The notes beneath the pieces are model-generated. The model saw nothing but the letters and a program-made list of their open reading frames with translations, was not told the DNA's origin and searched no databases. Source: the human T2T-CHM13v2.0 reference genome, Homo sapiens. From it: a DNA stretch of 64,000 bases. The stretch is from NCBI RefSeq assembly GCF_009914755.1, contig NC_060925.1. One strand, written 5' to 3'. Each line of letters begins with the position of its first letter. Position 1 is the stretch's first letter. The position numbers and the translations under genes are program-made. Below, piece by piece: positions 10,661 to 23,725 of the stretch.

Positions 10661-13600
10661 TTAGCTGATGTCATGGCAGTATTTTGGGGAGCATCATAGA
10701 GCGAATGTATGCAGAGCAACAGGAAGAAGAGAGAGGCTGGAGGCAGGGAGGCCAGTGAAGAGGCAGCCAGGCAGGAGAGACCTGTGGATGAGCTACTAGG
10801 AACTGAGTGAGAGGACAGAGTCAGGCTAACTCTTCTTGCCTGGGTATTGTCAGGCCAGTGGTGACAACCTCAAAGTACAGCATGATGGCAGGCGGCTAGT
10901 TTAGAGAAATTTGTAAGAGAAAGATGAGACATTCATTGCAAGACATACAGGATTTAAAGGTTCAGACTGTCATCTAGGAGAGCTCTCCAGCAGAAAAGCT
11001 GAAGCTTAAAAATTGTCTGTCCAACCCCAGATCTTATAAGCTCAAAGAGAAAGTGTAATGAATAATAACAGGATGTGCATTGCTGCATGCTGGGACCAAG
11101 CCACAGAACCTGTCATTGGTGCAGGCAGGAAAGGCTAAATACACACCTGGATGGAAGAGACCTATTGGGGTCTTAAAGGGCAGAAAGGGACATTTTCGGC
11201 ATTAAAGGAGGGTGACATGCTTGATTTGCAAGAAACAGAAAACCAATCAAGTTAGCTCACATAAAGAGGGCACATTATGAAAAAGATCTCACAGAACAAA
11301 AGCTCAGAAGTGCAGCTGAACCCGGACTTTCTCTGTTCATCCCCCAGGGCTGTGTAGACTCTTTTCTCTCTCTCTCACTGACATTCTTGCATGTTCTCCC
11401 TTTCTCCTGGTCAGCTTCTTCCATACGCTCACCCAATATCTGGTTTAGTCCAGTGCCCCTGCCCCTGATCTCACCTGGCTTTTCAACTTGAGAGCCTACC
11501 ACCAACTAGGAGAGCAGTTTCTGTGTCTACTAGATTAAGTTCCCAGTAACTAGAAAAACTGGAATCTCCAGGAAAGCCTGTGGGAAAGGTGGGCCATGGA
11601 GCCATCTAATGTAAGAGGTCATTGAACTTTATAGAGCATCCTTCAGTGTTCAGAGATGGAGTCAGTATTGGTCTGGCCATTTTTAGGGCAAAGAGGCAGC
11701 ATCATGCTGGAAGCAGTAGTCTGCAATGCTAGGATGTGACTCCCAAGCCCTTGGTCATACCCTCTACATTGTATATACAGCAAGCTTCAAGGTGCAGAGA
11801 TAAGGACTTGGGAGCATGTTGAGGGATCTGTCATGAGGCTGGAGCACTGAATGCTTGGGTGTTGGGAGAACAAAAGATGAGCCTGGAGGGATCAGCAGGA
11901 GTCTCATCCTGCAGGAGGTGGAAATTCATCCTGATAGCAATGGGGAAGCCATGAAGTCTTTTCAAATAACATTTTTATTGAGCTGTAGTCTGCACACCAT
12001 AAAATGTACCCTTTTAAAGTGTAACATTCAGTGATTCTTCAGTATAGCCACAGAGTTGTGTAACCTATCTAATTTTAGAACATTTCATCATCACTTCCAA
12101 AAGAAATCCCATACTAATTAGCAGTCATTCCTCATTCCCCCTTGCTTGACAGTCCCTGGCAACCACTAACCCACTTTCTTTCTCAGTGGATTTGCCTATG
12201 CATGACATTTCATATACATGCAGTCATACAATGTGTGATCTTTTGTGACTGGCTTCTTTCCCTTAGCATAATGTTTTCAAGGTTCATCCATGTTGTAGTG
12301 TGTACTTCACTCCTTTTTATGGTTGTGTAATATTCCATTGTATTGATATACCACATTTTATTTATCCATTAATCAGTTGATGGTCATTTGTGTTGTTTCC
12401 ACTTTTTGACTGTCATGAATAATGCTGCCATGAACACTTATGTACAAGCATTTGGGTGAAGATATGTCTTCATTTCTCTTGGATATATATCTAGGAGTGG
12501 AAATGTTCTATTATATTATAGAGTTAACTCTATGTTTAACTTTTTGAGGAACTACCAAATTGTTCAAAAGTGGCTGTACCATTTTACAATTTGATTAGCA
12601 ATGTATCAGGGTTACAATTTCTGCATGTACTTGTCAATCTTTGTTATTATGTGTCTTTTTTATTTTAGCTATTCCAATGCATGTAAAGTGGTATCTCGTA
12701 GTGGTTTTAATTTGCATTTCCCTTATGACTGATTATATTAAGCATCTTTTCATGTGGTTATTGGACAATTGTATATCTTCTTTGGAGAAATTTCTGTTCA
12801 AATTATTTGCCCATTTTAAAAACTGAGTTACTTTCCTTTTTATTATTGAGTTGTAAGAGTTCTTTATATATCCTGAAAACAATACCCTTATCAGATATAT
12901 AATTTGCATATATTTTCTCCCATTTTTGGATTTGTCTTTTCACTTTCTTGATGGTGTCGTTTGAAGCATGAAAGTTTTAATTTTGATGAAGTCCAGTTTG
13001 TCTATTTTTTGTTTGTTTTGTCACTTGTGCTTTTAGCGCCAAATCTAAGAATCCATTGTCCAATCCAAGGTTATAAAGATTTTCTCCTGCATTTTCTTCT
13101 ACAAGTGTTATAGTTTTAGCTCCTATGTTTAGATCTTTGATCCATTTTTAGCTGATTTTTGTATATGATGTGAGGTAGGGTTCTACTTCTTTCTTTTTGG
13201 CAAGTGGCTATACAGTGTCCAGCATCATTTGTTGAAGACTATTCTTTCCTTCATTGAATTGTCTTGGCAACCTTGTTAATAATCAGTTGGCCATAGATGT
13301 ATGGGTTTAATCTATCAACTCAATTCCATTCTATTGATATACATGTCTATCCTTATGCCAGCCCTGTACTGTCTTGATTACCGGGTTTTTTTTTTTTTTT
13401 GTAGTAAGTTTTGATATCAAGCAGTAAGAGTACTCATACTTTGTTATTGCCTTTCAAGATTATTTTGGTCATTCTGGGTCCCTTTACATTTCATATGAAC
13501 TTTAGAATTAGCTTGTGAATTTCTACAAAGAAGTCAGCTTGGATTCTAACAGGGATTGCATTTAATCTGTGGATCAATCTGGGGAGTATTTCCAGCTTAA

Positions 13601-14943
13601 CAAAGCTTCTGACCATGAATATGAAATGTCTTTCCATTTATCTAGGTCTTCTTTAACTTTTTCAACAATATTTTTCAACTGTATTGTTGGTTATACAAGT
13701 CTTGCACTCCTGTTAAATGTATTCCTGATAATTTTATACTATTTATGCTATTGTAAATAGAATAGTTTTCTTAATTTCATGTTTGGATTTTTTATTGATA
13801 GTATATAGAAATATAATTGACTTCTGTATATTAATCTTATATTCTGCAACCATACTGGACTTGTTCTAATAGTTTGTGTGTGTGTGTGTGTGTGTGTGTA
13901 TTCCTTAGTATTTAGTATACATAAGATCATGTCACCTGCAAATAGACATAATTTTACTTCCTCCTTTCCAATCTGGGTGTCTTTTATTTCCCTTACTTGC
14001 CCAATTGCCCTGGCTAGAAACTCCATTACAATGTTAAATATAAATGGTAAGACTGAATATATTTGTCTTGCTCCTAATCTTTGAGGAAAAGCAATCAGTT
14101 TTTCACCAGTGTGTTAGCTGTGGGTTTTTTTCATAGATGAGTTTTATTAAGCTGAGGAAAATACCTTCCATTTTTATTTTATTGAGTGCTTTTATCTTGA
14201 AATGGAGTTGGATTTTGTCAAATACTTTTTCTGCATCTACTGAAACTATCATGTAGATTTTGTTCCTTTTTCTATTAATATGGTATATCATATTAGTTGT
14301 TTTTACAGATGTTAAAAGAACTTCACATTCCTGGAATAAATTCTACTTGGCAATGGCATACAATTATTTTTATATATTCCTTGATTCATTTCACCAGTAT
14401 TTTGTTGAGAATTTTGTGTCTATATTAATAAGGACTATAGATTTATTTTCTTGTTATTTTTATCCGGTTTTGGTACTAGGGTAATACCGGGCTCATAGAA
14501 TTCATTGGGAAGTGTTTCTTCCTCTTCTATTTCTTTGAAGGATTCATGAAAAATTGGTATTAATTCTTTACATGTTGGGTAGAATTCACTGGCAAAGACA
14601 TCTGTGCCTGGGCTTTTCTTTGTTGGAATCTCTTATTATTGTTGTTTTGGTTTTTATTAATTCAATCTCTTGTAATAGATATATTCAGTTTTTTATATTT
14701 CTTCTTGAGCCAATTTCAGTAGTTTACATCTGTCTAGGAATTTGTTCATTTCATCTATATTACCTAATTTGTTGGCATACAGTTATTCATAGTATAGCAG
14801 ATAATCCTTTTTATTTCTATAAGATCTGTAGTGATGTCACCTCTTTCATCTCTGATTTTAATAATTTGAGTCTTCTCTCTTTTTCTTGGACAGTTTTCCT
14901 AAAGGATTTGTCAATTTGTTGATATTTTTAAAAACTGACTTTT

Positions 14944-15249
14944 GGCTGGGCGTGGTGGCTCACGCCTGTAATCCCAGCACTTTGGGAGGCCAAGTCAGGC
15001 GGATCACAAGGTCAGGAGATCGAGACCATCCTGGCTAACACCGTGAAACCCTGTCTCTACTAAAAATACAAAAAATTAGCCTGGCATGGTGGCAGACTCC
15101 TGTAGTTCCAGCTACTCAGGAGGCTGAGGCAGGAGAATGGCATGAACCCAGGAGGTGGAGCTTGCAGTGAGCTGAGATCATGCCACTGCACTCCAGCCTG
15201 GGCGATACAGTGAGACTCCATCTCAAAAACAAAACAAAACAAAACAAAC
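14944..15249 (+). mobile_element. AluY with TSD AAAAACTGACTTTT
   Basis: full dimer, diagnostic gagatcgagaccatcctggctaaca and gaatggcatgaacc; (CAAAA)n tail; TSD on both sides. Confidence 0.95.
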
Positions 15250-16930
15250 AAAAACTGACTTTTGGTTTTCATTAAATTTCTCTATTTTTTATTCTCTATT
15301 TTATTCATTTCTACTCTAATCTTTATTATTTTCTTCCTTTTGCTTGATTTTGGTTTACTTTTCTTTTACTAGTTTTGTAAGGTGGAAATGTAGGTCATTG
15401 ATTTGAGATCTGCCTTTTTATTTAACATAGGTGCTGATAGCTATAAAGTTCTCTCAACACTGCTTTTGCTGTGTCCCATACATTTTGGTATATTGTGTTT
15501 ACATTTTCATTTTCATTTATTTCAGAGTATTTTCTAACTACCTTGTGATTTTTTTCCTTTAATCCATTTTTTATTTAGGAATGTATTGTTTAATTTAAAC
15601 GTATTTGTGAATTTCTCACTTTTTCTTCTGTTATTGATTTCTAATTTTATTCCGTAGTGGTCAAAGAGCATACTTTGCATAATTTTAATTCTTTTGAATT
15701 TATTGAGGCTTGTCTTATGGTCTAACATATGGTCTATCCTGGAGAATGTTTTATGTGCACTTGAGAAAAATGTGTATTCTGCATTATTAGGTGAAATATT
15801 CTGCATAGTGTCTGCTTTATAATGTTGTTCAAGTCTTCTATTTCCTTGTTGATCTTCAACCTTGTTGTTCCATTCATTATTGAAAGTGGAGTAGAAGTCT
15901 CCAACTATTATTATTGGATATTCTATGTCTCTCTCAATTCTATCAGGTTTTGCTTCACAGATGTTGGGGCCTTGCTAAGTGAATGTATATATTTAATTGT
16001 TATGCATTTCCAATAGATTTTTCATCATTATAAAATGTTCTTTGTCTCTAGTGACAGTTTTTAATCTTAAAGTCTACTTGTCTGATTAGTGTAGCCTCTT
16101 CAGCTCTTATTTGTTTACTCTGCACAGTATATTTTTCTTTATCTTTTTACTTTTAATCTATTTGTGTCTTTGAATCTAATGTGTGCCTCTTGTAGATAGC
16201 GTATAGTTGGATTATGAGTTTTTTTCTATTTTGCCTATCTCAGCCTTTTGATTGGAATGTTTAGTTCATTCACATTTAATGTAATTGCTGATAAGGTAGA
16301 AATTATATCTGATATTTGGTATTTGTTTTCTATATGGCATGGGTTTTTGTTGTTGTTATTGTTGTTGTTGTTCCTCTACCCTTCCATTACTGCCTTCATT
16401 TGTATACGCTAGATACTTTCTAGTGTATTATTTTAATTCTCTGTTGTTTCATTACCATGGTTTGTTTTTTAGTTCTTGTCTTAGTGGTTTCTCTGGGAGT
16501 TATAATTAACTTCTTAACTTAATTTAGTTTGGATAATGCCAACATAATTTCAATAATATGCAAAAAACTTTGTTCCAATATATCTTTGTTTCCTCCTCCT
16601 TTGTTGATTGTTATACAAATTAGGTCTTTATACATTATCAGCTCCTCAACACAATTTTATAATTACTGCTTTATGCAATTGTGTTTTAAGTGCAATAGGA
16701 AAAGAAAATCATTACAAACAAAAATGTACTTATACTATTTTTTTATACTTACCCATGTTACTGTTACTTGTGCTCTTTATTTCTTTGTGTGGATTCAAAT
16801 GACTGCTTTGTCCTTTCATTTAAACTTCAGAGACTCTCATTAGTATCTTTTGTAGAGCAAGCCTGTTACCAACAAATTCTTGGTTTTTGTTTATCTGAAA
16901 ATGTGTTAATACCTCCTTTGTTTTTGAGGC

Positions 16931-17706
16931 TTTTATTTGTTTTTGTTTTTTAACTTTAACTTCTGGGATACATGTGCTGAACATGCAGGTTTGTTACATA
17001 GATATACATGTGTCATGGTGGTTTGCTGCACCTATCAACCCGTCATCTAGGTTTTAAGCCCCACGTGCATTAGGTATTTGTCCTAATGCTCTCCATCCCC
17101 TTTTTTGCCCACCCCCTGCCAGGCCCTAGTGTGTGATGTTCCCCTTCCTGTGTCCATGTGTTCTCATTGTTCAACTCCCACTTATGAATGAGAAGATGCA
17201 GTGTTTGGTTTTCTGTTCCTGTGTTAGTTTGTTGAGGATGATGGTTTCCAGCTTCATCCATGAGCTGCAAAGGATATGAACTCATTCTTTTTTACCACGG
17301 CATGGTATTCCATGGTGTATATGTGCCACATTTTCTTTATCCAGATGGGCATTTGGGTTGGTTCCAAGTCTTTGCTATTGTAAAGAGTGCTGAAATAAAC
17401 ATACATGTGCATGTGTCCTTTATAGTAGAATGATTTATAATCCTTTGAGTATATACCCAGTAATGGGATTGCTGCGTCAGATGGTATTTCTGGTTCTAGA
17501 TCCTTGAGGAATTGCCACACTGTCTTCCACAATGGTTGAATTAATTTACATTCCCATCAACAGTGTAAAAGTGTTCCTATTTCTCCACATCCTTGCCAGC
17601 ATCTGTTGTTTCCGGCCTTTTTAATGATCACCATTCTAACTGGCAGGAGATAGTATCTCATTGTGGTTTTGATTTGCATTTCTCTAATGATCAGTGGTGA
17701 TGAGCT
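16931..17706 (-). mobile_element. L1PA (about PA8) 3' fragment nested in the old L1M
   Basis: [33 protein letters not shown] peptide; 3'UTR ccatggtggtttgctgcacctatcaaccc-type. Confidence 0.9.
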
Positions 17707-18277
17707 GGAGTGTTTTGGTTAACCTTCTTTTTCTTTCAGCATCTTGAATATGTCATTACACAGCCTCTGGCTTCCCTGGTTTCTGATGAAGTGTCAGCTC
17801 TTAATCTTTTTGAGGATCTCTTGTATGTGATGAGTAATTTTCCTCTTGTTGATTTTAGGATTATCTTTTTGTCTTCAGCTTTTGACCATCTGACAATGAT
17901 GCATTTAAGTGTGGATCTCTTTGACTTTATTCTACATGAAATGTATTGAGTTTCTTGAATGTGTAAAGTTTTTCATCAAATTTAGGACATTTTAGGCCAT
18001 TATTTCTTCAAATATTCTTTTTGCATCTTTCTCTCTCTTCTCTCTTTCTCAGACTTCCATTATGCATATCTTAGTATGCTTCATGACATCCCATTGGTCT
18101 CTGAGGCTCTGCTCATTTTTTCCTTTTTTTCTGTTTCTCAGACTGGGTAACCTCAATTGACTTATTTTCAAGTTTGCTAGTCCTTTTTTCTGCCAGTTCA
18201 AACCTGCTGCTGAGATTATCTAGTAAAATTTTCACTTCAGTTTTCATACTTTTCAACTCCATAGTTGCTATTTGGTT

Positions 18278-18360
18278 CATATATATATGATATTTATATA
18301 ATATTTATATATATATAAATATATATATATTTATATATATATAAATATATATATATAATA
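18278..18360. repeat. (TA)n AT-rich microsatellite
   Basis: about 80 bp of interrupted TA repeats. Confidence 0.95.
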
Positions 18361-21300
18361 TTTATCTGTTCAGTGATAGTCTCTATTTAGTGAGACATTG
18401 CTCTTATACTTTAATTATTTGGATGTCCTTTCTTTTAGTTCTAAAAACATTTGTCATAGTTAATCTAAAGTCTTTCTAGTAAGCCCAACATCTCAGCTTC
18501 CTCTTAAGAAACTTGGTGTAGTTTCTTATGACTACTTTTTTCCTTTATGTATGAGCCATATTTTCCTGTTTCTTTGCATGTTTCATAATTTTTGGTTGAA
18601 AACTAAACATTTTAAATAATATATTGTGGCAACTCTGAAAATCAGATTTCCCCCCTCCTCTGGATTTGTTGTTGTTATTGCTGTTTATTTAGTGACTTTT
18701 CTGATCTAATTCTATAAAGTCTGTAAAGTCTGCAGCCATTGAGGTCTCTGCTCAGTTACCTTAGTGATTATCTAATGATTGAACAGAGATTTCCTTAAAC
18801 AACTTCAACCAGTACCAATAAGCCTCCCATCCTTTGCTGAGGGGGGCTCCATGTGTGGTTAAGACACACCTTCAGGGCTCTGAAAATTAATGACGCTGCC
18901 CAAGCCTTCATCTCCTGCTTGTGCAGAGTTCCAGGGTCAGAGGTGAGAGATTAGGGCATTCTCAGGTCTTTCTTGAGCGTGTGCACAGCCCTACACATAT
19001 GGGCCTTCTAGATTCACAGGAATATTTCAGAGCACTTCAAAGCCCCCTTCAATATCTCATTCACCAGATATAAGCTTTTTGGCCAGCCTCTTGTTCACCC
19101 CAGCAGGTATCCCCAACTCAGTTAACTGTGTGATATTAAACAATTGCCTGTGATTGTTTTGAACAAATGATCTGCAGACAGAGTGTCTCACTGAACAAGC
19201 TTCTAGTTAGGTCAAATGAAGGCAAGCCTGTGATGGGGTTTTTCCAGGGAACTGCCAGACAGATCAAATAGTTACAATTCTTTTGAAATAAAACTTTTGT
19301 TTGAGGCTCTAAACCTGTTCTTCCCCATCCCATGATTGTTGGGCTAGTGGTTTTCACAGCTGTTGTGATTGTGAGGCTGCTGGTTTTCAAGGCTAACACA
19401 GCGCTAGGGACAGAGGCATGAGAATAAGACAAGTTGAAATGCCACAAAGCTCACTGCACTTGATGAAACCAAGCCATTTTTCTTGAATAAACACTCTTTT
19501 GATTGTTGTGAGCCTTTGATTAATTTCCAGAGTTCTAAAAATGTCGATTCTGACAGTGTTTCCAGTGTTCTCATTGCTTTCATGCAGGAGTAGATTGTTG
19601 AAGATTGTTCCTCTGCCATTCTGGAAGTGCTTCCTTTCCATGCAGGATTTTAACTGGGGCCCTTTTTGTTTGGATTGGTCCAATCACAGCATTGAGAACA
19701 GAGTGGAGGGATGAGGCAAGAGGCAAGAAGATAGTTAAGAGAACCATACTGGGGAGAAGTGGTGGTCACCAGGGCTTCCGAAAAGCGGATTGTCCAGGAG
19801 ACTCATCTAAGGCACTTTTGAAAACTAAATTCTTTCCCCCAACCACTTAAGCACTTCAACTAGTCGTTGAAATAGGGCCCACGCTCCATCAGACATGTTG
19901 GTCCAGGGGGAAAGAGCCCAGACACAATGCAAGGAAGAGCAGAGGTTGCCTGCTTATCTCAGGGAAGCCAAAGATGACTTTACGAAAGAGGAGATTCAGG
20001 ACCCCAATGGCAGGTAAAGTAGGCTGAGGGAGGGACAACGAGGGCTGACACAAGGGGAAGAGGGCCTGCGTGTTCCCTGGCCTCTGCCTCAGGGACAGCT
20101 GTGGGGGGGAACCAGAGCTTTGCCTTTTGGGATCCTCCAGAAACACAGATTCCACTGTGCTCCAGCCTCATCCACCCCTCCCCAGAGGCTGCCCTGTGTT
20201 CACTGTGTGCCTGCTAGAGCCCAGAAGCAGAGCCGAGTGCGGGGTGAAGTGGGCTGCTTTCTTCTTCATTCCTTTCTCTCCCAAGCAATTCTCCAAACAA
20301 GCTTTTGTATGTCCCAGATGTTCCCGCCTTTGTTCAGATTTAATCCTCCCTATTTATCCTCCCTCTGGTACCTGTTTATTATGTTCTATTTCTCTTCGGA
20401 AGCTGGGGCTCAGCGGATCTGCCACATCTGATATTATCTGCACTTGGGCAAACACAATCGTGCCTATGCCTTGTCAACCAGCTCTCGTCTGAAAGGGCTG
20501 GAGAAAGAGAAGAATTAAAATCAGCACCGCCAAGAACAGCAAGCCCAAAAAGATTTAAAAATAAACATGAAAGCTGCTTTAGGCCCCATTTCGAGGCACT
20601 CGCAAAGCCCTTCAGTGGAGACACAATGGTGCTGGGTGCACCCATTCTCACTGCCTCATCCTCTGCAGCTGGAAAACATGTGGCTGTGGCTCTCGACTCC
20701 TCCTTGAAGAAGGAACCATGTCTCCTGCCAGAGCTGTGAGACAGTAACTCAGAGCTTCTTCTGCTCAGACTTAATATCTAGGAACATTACAGCTGTTCGA
20801 AACCAAAGCTTCAGGTCCCTGGCAGTGTTCCTGAGGCCAGCATGGGGAGTACTTAGTCATGGTGAGACAGGTATAAGAAAGGTTAGGATGCAGGCCTCCT
20901 GCTTCCCCTCTCCATCTCTTCCTCCCAGTGCACACTGCATACACAGGGGCTGCCAAATGGGAATGGAGAATCACAGCACCAGCAGAAGGAAAAGAAAGAA
21001 ACTAAAGAAAAAGAGATTTCATTCCTTATTGCCGTTACCAGACAGATCTGTGGAGATGAACCAACCTGACCATATTGTCTCTAATCTGGAACTCTGAGGC
21101 CTCCCCTGGACCTGGAGCCATTAGGACCTGCCAGCCACACTTTTGGGTAAAAGACAGACAGGAGTTGAAGGCAGACAGGATCTGATTTTTCACTAGATTC
21201 TCAGTCCAAGCTGTCCAAATAAACCACAGGCAGGGCAAGTCTTGGAGACAAGTCACTCTCAAATGGCACCCCACGTGAGGGAGGCGTAAGAACCTTTTCT

Positions 21301-21439
21301 AATCCACACTCCTTTTCCCACCCCACACATCCTCGCCTTGACCTGGGACAGAAGTGAAATGGGATTTCAAACTGATTTAGGGCCACCTCCATGCCAGAAA
21401 CTATGGTCGTTCTGTAACCCACTGTGCACAAGCTTCCTT

Positions 21440-21620
21440 AAGCCTCATATCAACTCTCCAAGGCAGGTTTTAATATCTCTGCTGTGGAGATGAGTTAACC
21501 AAGACTTCGAGAGGTTACACAAGTTGCCTGAGATCACACATTTGAGAACTGGCAGTTCCAAATTTGAGCCCTGGTCTGTTGAATAAATATGTGGGGCCCA
21601 TTTGAGCCCTGGTCTGTTTG
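21440..21620 (-). mobile_element. MIR SINE with a 19-bp internal direct repeat
   Basis: gagaggttacacaagttgcctgagatcacaca...atttgagccctggtctgtt (twice). Confidence 0.65.
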
Positions 21621-22489
21621 GTCCAAAGCTAAAAGATGCCTAAGAATGTTCAGGGCACCAGGGCTCCCACTAGCCAGTCCCTTCAGGATTGCCCATCCCA
21701 CGGGGGTGTGGGGTATACAGACATAGGTGCTCCTGCACTCTGCATGCCTTCCTGCAGGCACCACAAATGGCTTGTTTTATAGCCATGGCTGCAGTAGCAG
21801 CTTCAGGCGCTTTTGCCTTGCAGGATTGACATCAATCCTCATTCATATCAAACTCCTTCTGAAACATGCTCCAGTGGAGTGGAATTTTCTGCGAAATAAG
21901 GTGTTATTAACCCAGCTCCCAGCTCCTTGGGCCCGGGCTGAGCTCAGCAGTGGCGGCAGCCGCTCCGCGCTGATGAACCCACTTAAACACCAATTAATAC
22001 GCACTGAGACACTGGCCCTGGCAGACCCTGTGACCCCCTGGGCTCCTCCTGGCTCCTCAGGCTGCAGCGCCTGGAACTCAGTCACATCTCCTGTGACTTT
22101 CATTCCAGCCCAGTTGCTGAGTAGTGATTGGATGCTTTATGGTCTGAGGATGAGAAGATAGAAGTGGGAGATAAAAAAGGTTGTTTTTTTTTTCTTTTTG
22201 CAGCTTCTTTCTTACCAGCTTCAGTTTCCAGAGCTTCTCAGGATGGGAAAGACAAAGAACAGGCCTATAAGAGAGAAAGAGGTGTAGCTCTGCCTTCCAC
22301 CAGCACTCCCAGCAGCACACATGGATAACGGGGAGGTTCTGCAACAACACAGGTGACATGAGAAGTCTCCTGACTTTAGGGCAGGACTGCATCTCAACAA
22401 AATGCCATTCTAGTTCTAGTGCAGCTCAAAACAGGCTTTGACACCCCAAATCCAATCATTTTAACCACATACAAGTTAGGTTTATATAA

Positions 22490-22640
22490 TTCTCAGAGTC
22501 TCAGCTCTTACAGCTGAAAGAGCCCCAGAGAGTCCCTGGTCTAAGCTCATTTTATAGCTGAGAAAACTCAGGACCAGAGAGGGAAAAGTCATGCCCAAGA
22601 TCACACAGCTGGTAAGCAGCAAAGCCAAGGCTCATACCCA
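22490..22640 (-). mobile_element. MIR/MIR3 SINE
   Basis: ctcattttatagctgagaaaactcagg...gcccaagatcacacagctggtaag. Confidence 0.75.
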
Positions 22641-22863
22641 GATGTCACAATTGCCCACGCATGCTCTTTCTATTATCCTGTTTCTCTTCCTTCCAACAAT
22701 ACAAAAGCATCGCTGATAGCCAGAAAGTAATAACCACATTTACATGATTTCCCAGTCTACATACTGCAACGGATATCAAATTGTTCTTAAGTGATATGTT
22801 ATTAAATAAGATCAGAGAATATAAAAATGGATTTCTGAAGGATGATAAATAAAAGTACACCAC

Positions 22864-23245
22864 ATTTATTCATTTGTCTTTTAGACACCAGCTTACTGGG
22901 CGGGCATCTGATATGCCTCAGGCTGGGTGTGGGTTCTAGAGGGATGAATGCATAGGAGGTGGTCTCTAGCCTCACCAAGCTTATAGTCTAGGGGTGAGGG
23001 GAACAGAAGAAAAAGCTCACATGCACACACACCACACATGCACATACAGACAATTGCAAATGGTGCTGAGCAGATCAGCGCTGTGAAGAAATAGGTGAGG
23101 GGTCCAGCAGAAAATCACAGGGCCAATTTATGTTTGTACGGTCACAGAAGGCTTCTCTGAGGAGGTGATATAAAAACTGAGACCTGAAGGATGGGAAAAG
23201 GCCGACTATACAATAAAGTGAGGAGAGGTGATTCAAGCAGAAGGA
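22864..23245 (-). mobile_element. L2 LINE fragment
   Basis: atttattcattt...agcttatagtctagggg...gaaggcttctctgaggaggtga. Confidence 0.65.
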
Positions 23246-23539
23246 ATCAAACTTGGATTTCTTATCATAAACAACAAAGTCAAAATATTTTAGAATTAAT
23301 AGAAGCCTATTATTTCAGAGAGAGAAAAGCTATTTTATTTTCTCCCCTAATTGCTCTGCTTCTTGGAGATGGTGCTTATTGTTCAGCCTTTTTGTGTTGT
23401 TTGTCTGTATTTTTGTGCTGTTTCCTCCATTTGTGGCTGAGAAGGGCCTTTTCAGAGATTTGTAGAAGACTTCATTTCTCTTCCCAACCCCAAAATGATG
23501 GTGAGTGGAGTTGTTACACACACAGGCTCCATCTCTTCT

Positions 23540-23725
23540 TAACTGTGGGAGCTTGGGGAAGGCATTTCTTCTGTGAGCCTCAGTTTCTTCATCTGTATAT
23601 ATTGAGGATAACAAAAGCACACTATCAGAGAGCTGTGGTGTGGCTTAATTGAAATCATGTGTGTGAAGAACTTAGCACAGTGGAATTGGAACTTTGGAAT
23701 TGTTCAATAAATGTTAGCCATTTGT
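23540..23725 (+). mobile_element. MIR SINE
   Basis: ctgtgagcctcagtttcttcatctgta...cttagcacagtg...tcaataaatgttagc. Confidence 0.8.

Larger units (their letters stand above)
11960..19627 (-). mobile_element. Near full-length ancient L1M (L1MB-like 3' end), degenerate, with nested AluY and L1PA
   Basis: minus-strand ORF2 peptides [31 protein letters not shown] (RT), SVDAEKVFDKIQ, EYTFFSSAHKTFSRIDHML (EN); L1MB-type 3'UTR at ~12 kb; 5' terminus (revcomp acttccagaatggc) at ~19627. Confidence 0.88.

Noticed and set aside
20555-20567. Overlapping MEF2-like (TTAAAAATAA) and forkhead (ATAAACA) motifs
   Set aside because: Short AT-rich motifs are frequent by chance and have no independent support.
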